61,970 bases of DNA from assembly GCA_046594125.1 (NCBI GenBank), contig JBKJQD010000138.1, forward strand, positions 1 through 61,970. The letters run 5' to 3'. Below, one piece after another: positions 28,215 to 38,133 of this stretch. Both the position numbers and the translations under genes were made by a program. Under the pieces are notes generated by a model. It had not been told where the DNA came from. It saw only the letters and a list, made by a program, of their open reading frames with translations, and ran no database searches. The stretch is from Aestuariivirga sp. (GTDB lineage: Bacteria > Pseudomonadota > Alphaproteobacteria > Rhizobiales > Aestuariivirgaceae). How positions within the stretch are numbered: position 1 is the stretch's first letter; every line of letters starts with the position of its first letter.

Positions 28215-29050
28215 AAACCGCCTGCGTCATTGGCTGGCCGATATCCCACTCACGGTCGCCGCTCATTCATAACTTCTGGCTGAAGCAGTACGGAATCTCC
28301 GGAAACTATGGGATCGTTCCCGTGCAGCCCCAGGACTTGCCGGGTTTCATCGATAGTCTTCAAGACGCCGGATATTCTGGTTGCAACGTCACCATTCCGC
28401 ACAAGGAGACCGTCTACAGTCTTGTAACCAGCCGTGATGAGCGCGCCGAACGCGTTGGTGCCGCAAACACTCTCTACGTTTCCGGTGCCCGGCTGCATGC
28501 CACCAATACGGACGGCGAGGGTTTCATTGCCAATGCCAAGGCCACGGCGCCAAGGCTTGCACTGTCAAATGCCAGGGTTGCAATTCTTGGCGCAGGCGGT
28601 TCCGCCATGGCAATCATCGGCGCACTCCTCGATGAAGGCGCTTCCGAAATCGCGGTATTCAATCGTACCGTTGAAAAGGCCAACGCATTGCGTGATCGAT
28701 TTGGAAAGTTGGTAGTTCCTCATAAATGGGAGCACAGGAATTCCCACATTTCAGAAATATCCCTGTTGATCAATACGACGTCACTCGGCATGGGCAGTCA
28801 ACCCCCGCTCGATATCGATCTGAAACATCTCGCTCAAGATGCTGCGGTTGCGGACATTGTCTACTCGCCGCTTGTCACACCGCTGCTCGAACAGGCCGCA
28901 CGGCGTGGAAACGTAACGATACCAGGCCTCGGCATGCTTCTGCACCAGGCCGTCCGCGGTTTTGAATTGTGGTTTGGCGAAAGACCAGAAGTCACTAGGG
29001 AACTTTATGAACTGGTGGCCAGGGATGTTGATCCGGGATACGTGCCGTGA
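28211..29050 (+). CDS. aroE: Shikimate dehydrogenase
   Basis: HSRSP.IH, NVTIPHK, NTD, GAGG, N.TSLGM and GL.ML.HQA motifs. Confidence 0.96.
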   Translation: MKTACVIGWPISHSRSPLIHNFWLKQYGISGNYGIVPVQPQDLPGFIDSLQDAGYSGCNVTIPHKETVYSLVTSRDERAERVGAANTLYVSGARLHATNTDGEGFIANAKATAPRLALSNARVAILGAGGSAMAIIGALLDEGASEIAVFNRTVEKANALRDRFGKLVVPHKWEHRNSHISEISLLINTTSLGMGSQPPLDIDLKHLAQDAAVADIVYSPLVTPLLEQAARRGNVTIPGLGMLLHQAVRGFELWFGERPEVTRELYELVARDVDPGYVP

Positions 29051-29649
29051 TTGTCATTGGCCTCACCGGATCAATCGCCATGGGCAAGACCGAAACGGCC
29101 AAGATGTTCCGGTCACTTGGCATCCCCGTGTTCGACAGCGATGCGGAAGTCCACCGCATCTATAGCGACGATAGCGAGGTCATCGGCAAAATCGCCGCAG
29201 TGGCGCCAGCTACTGTGAAGGACGGACACGTCGACCGCAAGGAACTTTCGAGTTACCTGATGGATCATCAAAGCGGACTTGAAACCATTCAGGCCATTGT
29301 CCACCCGGCTATCAGGCGGTCCCAGGTGGAGTTCATCGAGCGCTGCAAGGCGGAAGGACACGACATCGTGGTGATCGATATTCCGCTTCTCTTTGAGACA
29401 GGGCGTGGATCAGATTTCGATGCCATTGTCGTTGTCTCCGCCCCGCTGGAGATTCAGCGCCAGCGCGCCATGGCGCGGCCCGGCATGACGGCCGAAAAAC
29501 TGGATTATATCCTGTCACGGCAGGTGCCTGATGCTGAAAAGCGCGCCAAAGCGGATTACATAATCGATACATCGAGAGGGTTCGACAAGGCCTTGGACGC
29601 TGTTCGTGCCATTGTTCGCGACGTCAAATCAAAGACCGGGGTAACATGA
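29047..29649 (+). CDS. coaE: Dephospho-CoA kinase
   Basis: [17 protein letters not shown] and DIPLLFE motifs. Confidence 0.96.
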   Translation: MIVIGLTGSIAMGKTETAKMFRSLGIPVFDSDAEVHRIYSDDSEVIGKIAAVAPATVKDGHVDRKELSSYLMDHQSGLETIQAIVHPAIRRSQVEFIERCKAEGHDIVVIDIPLLFETGRGSDFDAIVVVSAPLEIQRQRAMARPGMTAEKLDYILSRQVPDAEKRAKADYIIDTSRGFDKALDAVRAIVRDVKSKTGVT

Positions 29650-30335
29650 TACGGGAAATTATACTTGACACCGAAACGACCGGACTCGATCCCCGGGCCG
29701 GGCATCGGATCGCCGAAATCGGAGCACTCGAGCTTCTCAATCATATCCCGACCGGCCGGACCTACCATGTCTATATCAACCCGCAACGCGACATGCCGTC
29801 CGAGGCTGAAGCGATTCATGGACTGAGCACCGCCTTCCTGCGCGACAAGCCGGCATTCCATGCCATTGTCCAATCTTTCGAGGATTTCATCGCCGACTCG
29901 GTTCTGGTGATTCACAACGCCAGCTTCGACATGGGCTTCATCAATGCTGAAATGGGCGCTTTGGGCAGACCGGCTATCGGGCCAGAGCGCGTCATCGACA
30001 CGCTGCTTCTGGCGCGTCAAAAGCATCCTTCGGGGCCAAACAGTCTCGACGCATTGTGCCGCAGATATGGCATCGACAATTCGAAACGGACCAGGCACGG
30101 AGCTCTACTTGATTCCGAACTCCTGGCGGAAGTCTATCTCGAACTCGTTGGCGGACGCCAAACCGCATTGACGCTGACTACGGCAAGCACTGTCAAAGCC
30201 GTTCAGAATTCGGCGTCGTTCACGCTTCGCGCCAGGCCTGCCCCACTCGCCAGCCGCCTGACGCCGGAAGACCGGCTGGAGCATGAGCGCTTCATCACCG
30301 GTCTGGGCGGCCAGAGTCTGTGGAAATCCGATTGA
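29646..30335 (+). CDS. dnaQ: DNA polymerase III epsilon subunit
   Basis: DTETTG, HNA.FD and HGALLD (DEDDh) motifs; GGRQ..L clamp-binding-type motif. Confidence 0.96.
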   Translation: MIREIILDTETTGLDPRAGHRIAEIGALELLNHIPTGRTYHVYINPQRDMPSEAEAIHGLSTAFLRDKPAFHAIVQSFEDFIADSVLVIHNASFDMGFINAEMGALGRPAIGPERVIDTLLLARQKHPSGPNSLDALCRRYGIDNSKRTRHGALLDSELLAEVYLELVGGRQTALTLTTASTVKAVQNSASFTLRARPAPLASRLTPEDRLEHERFITGLGGQSLWKSD

Positions 30336-30342
30336 AGGCTAA

Positions 30343-30930
30343 CTATGCCTTGGCGGCTGCCGGTTGCTGCAGGCGTTTCTGATACATGCCCGCGAAGTCG
30401 ATCGGATCGAGCATCAGCGGAGGAAACCCGCCATTGCGCGTCGCATCGGCCAGAATTTGCCGGGCGAAGGGGAAAAGCATGCGCGGACATTCGATCAGCA
30501 CGGCAGGGTGAAGCAAGTTGGCCGGAAAATTCTCAAGCCTGAAGGCGCCAGCATAGATCAGCTCGGCGGCAAAAACCACCTTGCCCTCGACGGTCGCCTT
30601 GGCATCAAGATGGATCTCGACCTCATAGTCGGTCGGCGCCAGGTTCTTGGCATTCACGTTGACCGAAATATTGATGTCTGGCTGGATCTGCTGCGGCGCC
30701 AGCGACTGCGGCGCGTTGGGGTTTTCGAAGCTCAGATCCTTGAGATACTGGCCAAGAATGCGCATCGACGGCTGGGCGCCGGGCTGCGGCTGCGGCGGGG
30801 CCTGAAGATTGATGCTGCTCGCCGCCGGAGTGCTGGCAACGGCCGCCAACTTTTTGTCTGGTTCCACCGCGCCTCCGTTTTTCGAGGCGGGGGCTTCCTT
30901 TTTGGCGGCGGGTTTTGGAGTCTTGGTCAT
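30343..30930 (-). CDS. secB: Protein-export chaperone SecB with a long N-terminal extension
   Basis: QY.KDLSFENP, CP..LFPFAR and GGFPPL.LDP.DF motifs. Confidence 0.95.
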   Translation of the reverse strand: MTKTPKPAAKKEAPASKNGGAVEPDKKLAAVASTPAASSINLQAPPQPQPGAQPSMRILGQYLKDLSFENPNAPQSLAPQQIQPDINISVNVNAKNLAPTDYEVEIHLDAKATVEGKVVFAAELIYAGAFRLENFPANLLHPAVLIECPRMLFPFARQILADATRNGGFPPLMLDPIDFAGMYQKRLQQPAAAKA

Positions 30931-30995
30931 TTTGTCGGCCTCGTGAAAATTGTCCGGAGATGGCTAACATGACGCCCGGTTCGTCGCAATACTCG

Positions 30996-31430
30996 TCACC
31001 GCCGTGTTTCATCCTCGCTGTTAATTTCAACGGCTTCACCCTCGATATAGATTCCGGTCGTGCCGCGCTGGCCCGGCCCCGGTGGGAAACGACCGGTCAG
31101 ATGCGAAGCAAGCCATTTCTGCGCCGGCGGCAGCAGAAGCAGGGCGGCCACTACATCGGAGAAGAAACCGGGAGAGATGAACAGCAATCCCGAAAGGAAG
31201 AGCAAGAATACCCGTCCGGCACGCGCCATTTGCGCATTGGTATCGCCCCTTGCGGCGTTCAGTCCCGAGACAAGGCCCAAACCGGACTTGCGAATCAGTG
31301 ATGTGCCAATGAATGCTCCGGCAATTACCAGAAGCAGCGTTGTCACCACGCCAAGCCGGGCACCAACCCAGATCAGGGAGGCGATCTCAAGGAGAAACCC
31401 GCCCATGACAATGGCCGGAAAATATCGCAA
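30996..31430 (-). CDS. fxsA: FxsA-family membrane protein
   Basis: EIA..I.VG..LG...T, LL..PGF.SD and IEGE motifs; syntenic with secB. Confidence 0.88.
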   Translation of the reverse strand: MRYFPAIVMGGFLLEIASLIWVGARLGVVTTLLLVIAGAFIGTSLIRKSGLGLVSGLNAARGDTNAQMARAGRVFLLFLSGLLFISPGFFSDVVAALLLLPPAQKWLASHLTGRFPPGPGQRGTTGIYIEGEAVEINSEDETRR

Positions 31431-31459
31431 CAGGGGAGGAATTGTCTGGAACCTTTCAG

Positions 31460-31514
31460 CTTGGACCTTGACGGTCTTGGCCTATATATAGGAACGCTCC
31501 TGCCAAGGCTGCAA
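31460..31514. promoter_or_regulatory. Overlapping divergent promoters sharing a palindromic -10 (CCTATATATAGG, 31481-31492)
   Basis: Plus strand CTTGGA-N15-CCTATAT; minus strand TTGCAG-N17-CTATAT. Confidence 0.4.
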
Positions 31515-31558
31515 ACCCCTTTGTTCCCTTGCGATTGATGTAAGCTCTAGGACGGACA

Positions 31559-32263
31559 ATGGCATTTGACCCGCTGAATCTGCTGCTTCTCGCCATCGCT
31601 GTCGTGGTTTTCTGGCGCCTGCGCTCCGTTTTGGGGATGCGGACAGGCAACGAGCGCCCGCCGGCCGAACCCTATGCACCACCCAAGCCCGAGGCGGAAA
31701 CCGGCAAAGTCCTGCGTTTTCCGAAAGATGACACAAAGGCGGAACCGCCGGAGAAAGCCGTGGAGGAGGACGTCAAGCCGATCTGGACAGGCTTTGCCGA
31801 AGCCGGATCGGCTGCCGCCTTGGGAATTGAGCAAATTGCGGCGGACGACGGGAATTTCAATCCAAATGCCTTCGTCGATGGCGCGAAGCTGGCATATGAG
31901 ATGATCATCGAAGCCTTTGCGCGGGGCGACCAGGTGGCACTCAAGCCCCTGCTCTCGAAACAGGTTTTTGATGGATTTTCGCAAGCCATCGCCGAACGCG
32001 AGCAGGCGGGGCAGAAGGTCGAATCCCGTTTCGTCGGCATCGACAAGGCGGCCATTGTCCAGGCTTCGGCGCAAGACAAACGGGCGGTCATTACCATGCG
32101 CTTCGTCAGCGAACTGATTTCGGCAACCTATGCGAAGGATGGCGCGCTGATCGAGGGTGATCCCAAACTGATCAAGGAGATAACCGACGTGTGGACCTTC
32201 GAGCGCGATCTCGGTTCGCGTGACCCCAACTGGAAACTGATCTCGACCGAAGACCCAGCCTGA
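31559..32263 (+). CDS. Tim44/TimA-family adaptor protein
   Basis: N-terminal TM then LRSVLG.RTG.E; GA..AYE.I..AF..GD and D.WTF.R....DPNW.L motifs. Confidence 0.92.
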   Translation: MAFDPLNLLLLAIAVVVFWRLRSVLGMRTGNERPPAEPYAPPKPEAETGKVLRFPKDDTKAEPPEKAVEEDVKPIWTGFAEAGSAAALGIEQIAADDGNFNPNAFVDGAKLAYEMIIEAFARGDQVALKPLLSKQVFDGFSQAIAEREQAGQKVESRFVGIDKAAIVQASAQDKRAVITMRFVSELISATYAKDGALIEGDPKLIKEITDVWTFERDLGSRDPNWKLISTEDPA

Positions 32264-32296
32264 TACGTCTATATAGTCTTAACGCCTATCGCCGCG

Positions 32297-33406
32297 ATGA
32301 CCAATCCGGACAGCAAAATCCTCTCGCGCATCGCGTTCCGTGATATTCCGGGATGGAATGAAGATGACCACGACGCCGCGCTGCTGGCCTTTCGGAATTC
32401 CGCTGCAGAAATTCTGCGGAAAGGCTCTGGATTTGAACGGCCTGTCCGGTTTGGCGGGGAAAGACGCGATTGGGTCTCGCTTTGCGAGCTGGCAAATTCA
32501 ACAGCCGATGGAAGAGCATTCTTCGAATCAAGTTTTGTCCCGTATCTGGTCGCCGATCCGCTCAGGCCGGAAGGATTGTTTACCGGATACTACGAGCCGG
32601 AGGCAGATGGCAGCCGCCAGAAATCTGATATTTATGTAGCACCAGTCTTGCGGGCGCCCGATGACCTCGCCGCCTTCAACGATTCGGAGCAGGCAGCAAC
32701 CGGACTGAAATTCGGCCGGCTGGTTGACTCCAAGCCCCGGGACTATTTCACCCGCCGGGAAATCGACGACGGCGCACTCGCTGGCCGGGGGCTGGAGATT
32801 GTCTGGCTGAAGGATTGGGCCGACTTGTTTTTCATGCAGGTCCAGGGGTCGGGCCGTATCCGTCTTCCGGATGGAAGTGTCGTGAGGCTGGGTTTTGCCG
32901 CCAAGTCCGGCCATCCCTACACGGCAATTGGGGGCATTCTTGTCAGTCGCGGCCTCCTGTCTCAAGAGGAAGTCTCGATGCAATCGATTCGCGATTGGAT
33001 GAGTCTGCATCCAGCGGCGGCTCGTGAGCTGATGTGGCACAACCGGTCTTATGTTTTTTTTCGTGAAATGGAGGGCTTGGACCCGGCACTTGGCCCACCC
33101 GGCGCGCAGAAGGTTACTTTAACGCCGGGACGAAGTCTGGCCATCGACCGGGAGCTTTGGATGTTCGGCACGCCTGTCTGGGTCGATACGCGCCGGCAGG
33201 AAAGCCCACATGGCGAGAGTCAGCCCTTCCGCCATTTGCTTATTGCCCATGACACGGGCTCGGCCATCCGCGGCTATGCGCGTGGCGACATCTTCTGTGG
33301 TCACGGCAGCGAGGCTGCCTTCATCGCCGGACATCTGAAAAGCCCGGGCACGATGATTGTTCTGCTTCCGAATCAAATGGCTGAACTCATTCCGGGCGCC
33401 CGATGA
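32297..33406 (+). CDS. mltA: Murein lytic transglycosylase A (MltA/3D domain)
   Basis: FTGYYEP, FFMQVQGSG, N.SYVFF and DTGSAI.G..RGD.F.G.G motifs. Confidence 0.92.
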   Translation: MTNPDSKILSRIAFRDIPGWNEDDHDAALLAFRNSAAEILRKGSGFERPVRFGGERRDWVSLCELANSTADGRAFFESSFVPYLVADPLRPEGLFTGYYEPEADGSRQKSDIYVAPVLRAPDDLAAFNDSEQAATGLKFGRLVDSKPRDYFTRREIDDGALAGRGLEIVWLKDWADLFFMQVQGSGRIRLPDGSVVRLGFAAKSGHPYTAIGGILVSRGLLSQEEVSMQSIRDWMSLHPAAARELMWHNRSYVFFREMEGLDPALGPPGAQKVTLTPGRSLAIDRELWMFGTPVWVDTRRQESPHGESQPFRHLLIAHDTGSAIRGYARGDIFCGHGSEAAFIAGHLKSPGTMIVLLPNQMAELIPGAR

Positions 33407-33975
33407 GCCGCAAGCCGCCCGACTTTGAACTGTGGTCCGAAGTGGCAAAGTCGGTGAAACCGTTGCATCATCAGGCAGTCCGGAAACAGACGCTGGCCGC
33501 CAAACCGCTGGTGGAAATTGCCAGGCTCGCGGTACTGCCATCGCAGATACATGTTCATGTACCCCGGCCATCGCCGCTGCATCCGCCCGCCATCACCGGC
33601 TTTGACCGCCGCACCACCCAGCGCATGATGCGCGGCAACGTCGAAATCGAACGCCGCATCGATCTGCACGGCACCGGCATCGAGATGGCGCGCGTCAAGC
33701 TGTTGGGCTTCCTGCGGCAATGTTATCTGGAAGGCACGCGCGTCGTGCTGGTGATAACCGGCAAGGGCGATTCACCCTATGCCCGCCACACCCTGCATGG
33801 TGCCGCACATTTTCATGCGCCGGAGCGCCAGGGACGCTTGCGCCGGCACGTGCCTGAGTGGCTCCACGAACATGAGTTCCGTTCACTGGTTTCGGGTTTC
33901 CAGCCAGCTCATCCCAAGCACGGCGGCGGTGGCGCATTCTACGTCAAGATCAGAAGGCAGCGGCCCGATCGATGA
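33403..33975 (+). CDS. Smr-domain protein
   Basis: IDLHG, VITGKG, VP.WL and HGG.GA.YV motifs. Confidence 0.92.
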   Translation: MSRKPPDFELWSEVAKSVKPLHHQAVRKQTLAAKPLVEIARLAVLPSQIHVHVPRPSPLHPPAITGFDRRTTQRMMRGNVEIERRIDLHGTGIEMARVKLLGFLRQCYLEGTRVVLVITGKGDSPYARHTLHGAAHFHAPERQGRLRRHVPEWLHEHEFRSLVSGFQPAHPKHGGGGAFYVKIRRQRPDR

Positions 33976-34343
33976 CCCCCTTCGGCGAGAGAATGCGCAA
34001 ACTGCGCGGCGAACGCGGCGTGACCCTGAAACAGATGGCCTCCGCCATTGGCGTATCGTCGGCTTATCTCTCGGCCCTGGAACATGGCAAGCGCGGCAGG
34101 CCGGGCTGGCACCTGATCCAGCGCATCATTTCCTACTTCAACATCATCTGGGACGAGGCCGAAGAAGTGGTCAGGCTGGCGCGTATTTCGCATCCGCGCA
34201 TTACCATCGACACATCGGGCCTCGATCCCAAAGCGACGGAATTGGCTAACCGCCTGGCCGACGACATCGGCAAACTGGACGTGGCGGCTCTTGAGCAAAT
34301 CATGTCAACGCTTGACCGGCACAGGCAACGTCTCAAAGGATGA
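33972..34343 (+). CDS. XRE-family HTH protein
   Basis: MTPFG...R.LR...G......MA...[15 protein letters not shown] motif. Confidence 0.88.
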   Translation: MTPFGERMRKLRGERGVTLKQMASAIGVSSAYLSALEHGKRGRPGWHLIQRIISYFNIIWDEAEEVVRLARISHPRITIDTSGLDPKATELANRLADDIGKLDVAALEQIMSTLDRHRQRLKG

Positions 34344-35637
34344 ATTTGGAAAGGTCGGCGTTCTTCGCCAGATCGCCCACATGTTTTTCGACATAGACGG
34401 CATCAACCGTCTCGGTCTCGCCGGACCGGTCGGTCGCGCCGTAGCTGATCTCGTCGAGAACCCGCTCCATCACCGTCTGCAGGCGCCTGGCACCGATGTT
34501 CTCTATCGACGCATTGGTCTCAGCCGCGATGCGGGCGATGGCCGACACGCCGTCACCGGTGAAGTCGAGCGTCACGCCCTCGGTTGCCAGCAGGGCGACG
34601 TATTGCTTGAGGAGACTCGCCTCGGGTTCGGTGAGAATGCGTTCGAAGTCCTCGCGGCCAAGTGCCTTAAGCTCGACGCGGATCGGCAACCGCCCCTGCA
34701 ATTCCGGAAGCAGGTCGGATGGCTTGGCAGTGTGAAAAGCACCCGATGCGATGAACAGAATATGATCGGTTTTGACGGCGCCATGCTTGGTCGAAACCGT
34801 GGTGCCCTCAATGAGCGGCAGAAGGTCGCGCTGCACGCCTTCGCGGCTGACATCCGCTCCTTGCCGTTCCGAACGGGCACAGATCTTGTCGATCTCGTCG
34901 AGAAACACGATGCCATTGTTTTCGACAGCCTCGATGGCATCCTGAACGATCTGCTCCTGGTCAAGCAGTTTGTCGGATTCCTCCGCCAACAGATACTCAT
35001 AGCTGGCGCGCACGCTCATGCGGCGGCTCTTGGTGCGGCCGCCCAGTGCCTTGCCCAGCATGTCGGAGAGATTGATGACACTGGCCGATGAACCCGGCAT
35101 TCCGGGAATCTCGAAATTGGGCATGCCTCCCGTGTCCGACACCTGGATTTCGATTTCCTTGTCGTCCATTTCACCCGAGCGCAGTTTCTTGCGGAAGGCC
35201 TCGCGTGTCGTCTCGGAGGCATTGGCGCCGACCAGTACGTCGATGACACGGCTCTCGGCGTTGACATGGGCCTGGGCTTCCACATCCTTGCGCTTCGCCG
35301 CCTTCACCATGGCAATCCCCTGTTCCACCAAATCGCGGATGATCTGGTCGACATCGCGGCCAACGTAGCCTACCTCGGTGAACTTGGTGGCTTCAACTTT
35401 CAGGAATGGCGCGTTGGCGAGCTTGGCGAGACGCCGGGCGATTTCAGTTTTGCCGACGCCAGTCGGCCCGATCATTAGGATATTCTTGGGCATGACCTCT
35501 TCGCGCATCGGTCCCTGCAATTGCTTGCGGCGCCAGCGGTTGCGCAGCGCGATGGCCACGGCGCGCTTGGCATCGGTCTGGCCGACGATATGGCGGTCGA
35601 GTTCGGAAACGATCTCGCGGGGGGTGAGTTCGGTCAT
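34333..35637 (-). CDS. hslU: ATP-dependent protease ATPase subunit
   Basis: [27 protein letters not shown] and GARRL motifs; true start is the ATG at 35637 with a GAGG RBS. Confidence 0.97.
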   Translation of the reverse strand: MTELTPREIVSELDRHIVGQTDAKRAVAIALRNRWRRKQLQGPMREEVMPKNILMIGPTGVGKTEIARRLAKLANAPFLKVEATKFTEVGYVGRDVDQIIRDLVEQGIAMVKAAKRKDVEAQAHVNAESRVIDVLVGANASETTREAFRKKLRSGEMDDKEIEIQVSDTGGMPNFEIPGMPGSSASVINLSDMLGKALGGRTKSRRMSVRASYEYLLAEESDKLLDQEQIVQDAIEAVENNGIVFLDEIDKICARSERQGADVSREGVQRDLLPLIEGTTVSTKHGAVKTDHILFIASGAFHTAKPSDLLPELQGRLPIRVELKALGREDFERILTEPEASLLKQYVALLATEGVTLDFTGDGVSAIARIAAETNASIENIGARRLQTVMERVLDEISYGATDRSGETETVDAVYVEKHVGDLAKNADLSKFIL

Positions 35638-35651
35638 GGAAACCTCTGGGA

Positions 35652-35771
35652 TCAGGAAGCGGGCGGAACCGCGCGTATGATGGCGGCAGGCATCAGCGGG
35701 AGCAACGGGACGACGGCACCGGCAGCCGCCACCACAGCGTCGAGGTCTCCGGCCGAAATTCTGCCGTTCAT
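35652..35771 (-). CDS. Putative 39-aa small hydrophobic protein between hslV and hslU (below the ORF-track cutoff)
   Basis: [39 protein letters not shown]; the ATG overlaps the hslV TGA (ATGA) and the stop lies just before the hslU RBS. Confidence 0.4.
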   Translation of the reverse strand: MNGRISAGDLDAVVAAAGAVVPLLPLMPAAIIRAVPPAS

Positions 35772-36313
35772 GACAGGCTTTCCAGCGTGACATTGCTGTT
35801 GGTGTAAACGCAGATTTCGGCGGCAATCGCCATGGCCTTGCGGGCGATAGCTTCGGCGTCGAGGTCCATGTCGATCAGCGCCCGCGCGGCGGCCAGGGCA
35901 TAGTTGCCGCCCGAGCCGATGGCAATGACGCCGCGCTCCGGTTCCAGCACATCGCCAGTGCCGGTGAGCACCAGACTGACATTGCGGTCGGCGACGATCA
36001 TCATGGCTTCGAGACGCCGCAGATAGCGGTCAGTACGCCAATCCTTGGCCATGTCGACGCACGCCCTGGTGAGTTGCAGGGGATATTGTTCGAGCTTGCC
36101 CTCAAGCCGCTCGAACAGGGTCATGGCGTCGGCGGTGGCCCCGGCAAACCCGGCAATGACCTGCCCTCCAGACCCCAGGGGCCTAACCTTTCGGGCATTG
36201 CCCTTGATGATCGTCTGGCCCAGGCTGACCTGGCCATCACCGGCGATTACCACCTTGCCGCCCTTGCGGACGGTCAGGATTGTCGTGCCGTGCCACTTCT
36301 CCGGTTCGGACAT
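35768..36313 (-). CDS. hslV: ATP-dependent protease peptidase subunit
   Basis: HGTTI (N-terminal Thr after a short propeptide), GDGQVS, AKDWRTD and IGSGG motifs. Confidence 0.97.
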   Translation of the reverse strand: MSEPEKWHGTTILTVRKGGKVVIAGDGQVSLGQTIIKGNARKVRPLGSGGQVIAGFAGATADAMTLFERLEGKLEQYPLQLTRACVDMAKDWRTDRYLRRLEAMMIVADRNVSLVLTGTGDVLEPERGVIAIGSGGNYALAAARALIDMDLDAEAIARKAMAIAAEICVYTNSNVTLESLS

Positions 36314-36438
36314 TGGGGACCCTCATGAACTGCTGGCCTCATGTAGTCCCCGCTTCGGCGAAAGAAAAGCCACCCTTGGCCAATTCTTGTTGCATCTGCT
36401 AAAGGGCGGTTTCCGCCCAAGCTGGCGGGGGGAGTTCC

Positions 36439-37032
36439 ATGCGCCAGGCAACCATCGACCGCAACACCACCGAGACCGGAATTTCGGTGACGGTGAACCT
36501 CGACGGCAGCGGCAGCTTTGATGTGAAATCGGGCGTGGGCTTCCTCGACCATATGCTGGAGCAGCTGTCGCGCCACGCGCTGATCGACATCACGCTCAGA
36601 GCCAAAGGCGATACCCATATCGACTTTCATCATACCACGGAAGATTCCGCCATCGCCATTGGCCAGGCGATGGCCAAGGCACTGGGCGACCGCAAGGGCA
36701 TCCGGCGCTATGCCAGCCTCGATCTGCCGATGGACGAAACCCTGACGCGGGCGGCGATTGATGTCTCGGGCCGGCCCTATCTGATCTGGAAGGTGGAATT
36801 CTCGCGTCCCAAGATCGGCGAATTCGACACGGAACTGGTGCGAGAATGGTTTCAGGCCTTTGCCATGAATTCCGGCATCACACTCCATATGGAAACGCTA
36901 TACGGCGAAAACAACCATCACATCGCCGAGTCGTGTTTCAAGGCATTGGCGCGCGCACTTCGTGAAGCTATCGAGATCGATCCCCGGCAAAGCGGCCGCA
37001 TTCCGTCAACCAAGGGATCGTTGCAGGGCTAA
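36439..37032 (+). CDS. hisB: Imidazoleglycerol-phosphate dehydratase
   Basis: R.T.ET, FLDHML, D.HH..ED, PMDE, N.HH..E and PSTKG motifs. Confidence 0.97.
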   Translation: MRQATIDRNTTETGISVTVNLDGSGSFDVKSGVGFLDHMLEQLSRHALIDITLRAKGDTHIDFHHTTEDSAIAIGQAMAKALGDRKGIRRYASLDLPMDETLTRAAIDVSGRPYLIWKVEFSRPKIGEFDTELVREWFQAFAMNSGITLHMETLYGENNHHIAESCFKALARALREAIEIDPRQSGRIPSTKGSLQG

Positions 37033-37478
37033 TGGCAATCTATCGCGTATTCCGGGCGCCTGGCGCCGAAACCGGGAAAGCAATCTTTGTCAAAGAGGGC
37101 TTTTCAACGGCTGCTGCGGCATTCTCGGTTCTATGGGCCCTGTGGAACCGGATGTGGGTTGTGGCAGCCATACTTCTCGCCATTTCGGCCAGCATTTCAG
37201 TTGCGGGTTATGCCCTCGGGATTGACCAGATTGTCCTGCCGCTGGCGGGCTTGGGTGTGGCGGTTCTCCTTGGATTTGAAGCCGAACGCCTGAAGGCCTG
37301 GTCACTCGTCCGCGCCGGACATCGCGAATCGGCAATTATCGCGGGCGGCAGTCTCAATGAGGCGGAACTCCGCTACTTCATGGCGAGTCCCGAGGCGCTG
37401 ACAATCCCGGCAAGCAGTCCCGCAAAATTCCACAGCGGCGACACGCACAACACACTTGGATTATTTGGGACCGCGTGA
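37032..37478 (+). CDS. DUF2628-like membrane protein
   Basis: FV.EGFS..A......WAL..R.W and AE.R.F motifs; conserved position between hisB and hisH. Confidence 0.75.
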   Translation: MAIYRVFRAPGAETGKAIFVKEGFSTAAAAFSVLWALWNRMWVVAAILLAISASISVAGYALGIDQIVLPLAGLGVAVLLGFEAERLKAWSLVRAGHRESAIIAGGSLNEAELRYFMASPEALTIPASSPAKFHSGDTHNTLGLFGTA

Positions 37479-37482
37479 CGCC

Positions 37483-38133
37483 GTGACCGTTGCCATCATC
37501 GACTATGGATCAGGCAATCTGCATTCGGCCGCGAAAGCCTTCGAACGTGCCGCCCGCCAACTGGACAGGCCACCGGACATCATCGTCACCGCCGATCCCG
37601 AGGCGGTGCGCCGTGCTGAACGCATCGTGCTGCCGGGGGTCGGTGCCTTCAAGGACTGCCATGACGGCCTGATGGCCGTGCCCGGCATGTGGGATACGCT
37701 TCAATCGGAAGTGATGCGCGCCGCCAAGCCTTTTCTTGGCATCTGTGTCGGCATGCAACTCATGGCGGCGCGTGGCTTGGAACACGACATCACACCGGGC
37801 TTCGGCTGGATTCCGGGTGATGTGAAGAAACTCGAGCCTGACGATCCGGCCCTCAAAATTCCGCATATGGGCTGGAACACACTCGACCGCCAAAAGGATC
37901 ACAAGCTGCTCGAAGGGCTGCAACTGGGCGAGTCGGGTCTGCATGCCTATTTCGTTCATTCCTACCATCTGGATACCGTCGTCGCGTCCGACACTGTCGC
38001 AACCACCCGGCACGGCATGACGGTCACGGCCATGGTCGGGCGCGACAATTTCGCGGGAACCCAGTTTCACCCGGAGAAGAGCCAGACTCTTGGCTTGGCG
38101 TTGATCAGCAATTTCCTGAGGTGGAAGCCGTGA
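37483..38133 (+). CDS. hisH: Imidazole glycerol phosphate synthase glutaminase subunit
   Basis: DYGSGNL.S, LPGVGAF, GICVGMQ, YFVHSY and QFHPEKS motifs; GTG start at 37483. Confidence 0.96.
   Translation: MTVAIIDYGSGNLHSAAKAFERAARQLDRPPDIIVTADPEAVRRAERIVLPGVGAFKDCHDGLMAVPGMWDTLQSEVMRAAKPFLGICVGMQLMAARGLEHDITPGFGWIPGDVKKLEPDDPALKIPHMGWNTLDRQKDHKLLEGLQLGESGLHAYFVHSYHLDTVVASDTVATTRHGMTVTAMVGRDNFAGTQFHPEKSQTLGLALISNFLRWKP

Noticed and set aside
32269-32276. CTATATAG palindrome between the Tim44 gene and mltA as a second NrdR box
   Set aside because: The core is 2 bp too short; it is better explained as a CTATAT -10 element.
36404-36418. GGGCGG-TTT-CCGCCC hairpin upstream of hisB as a His attenuator
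   Set aside because: There is no His-codon leader peptide and no U-tract.
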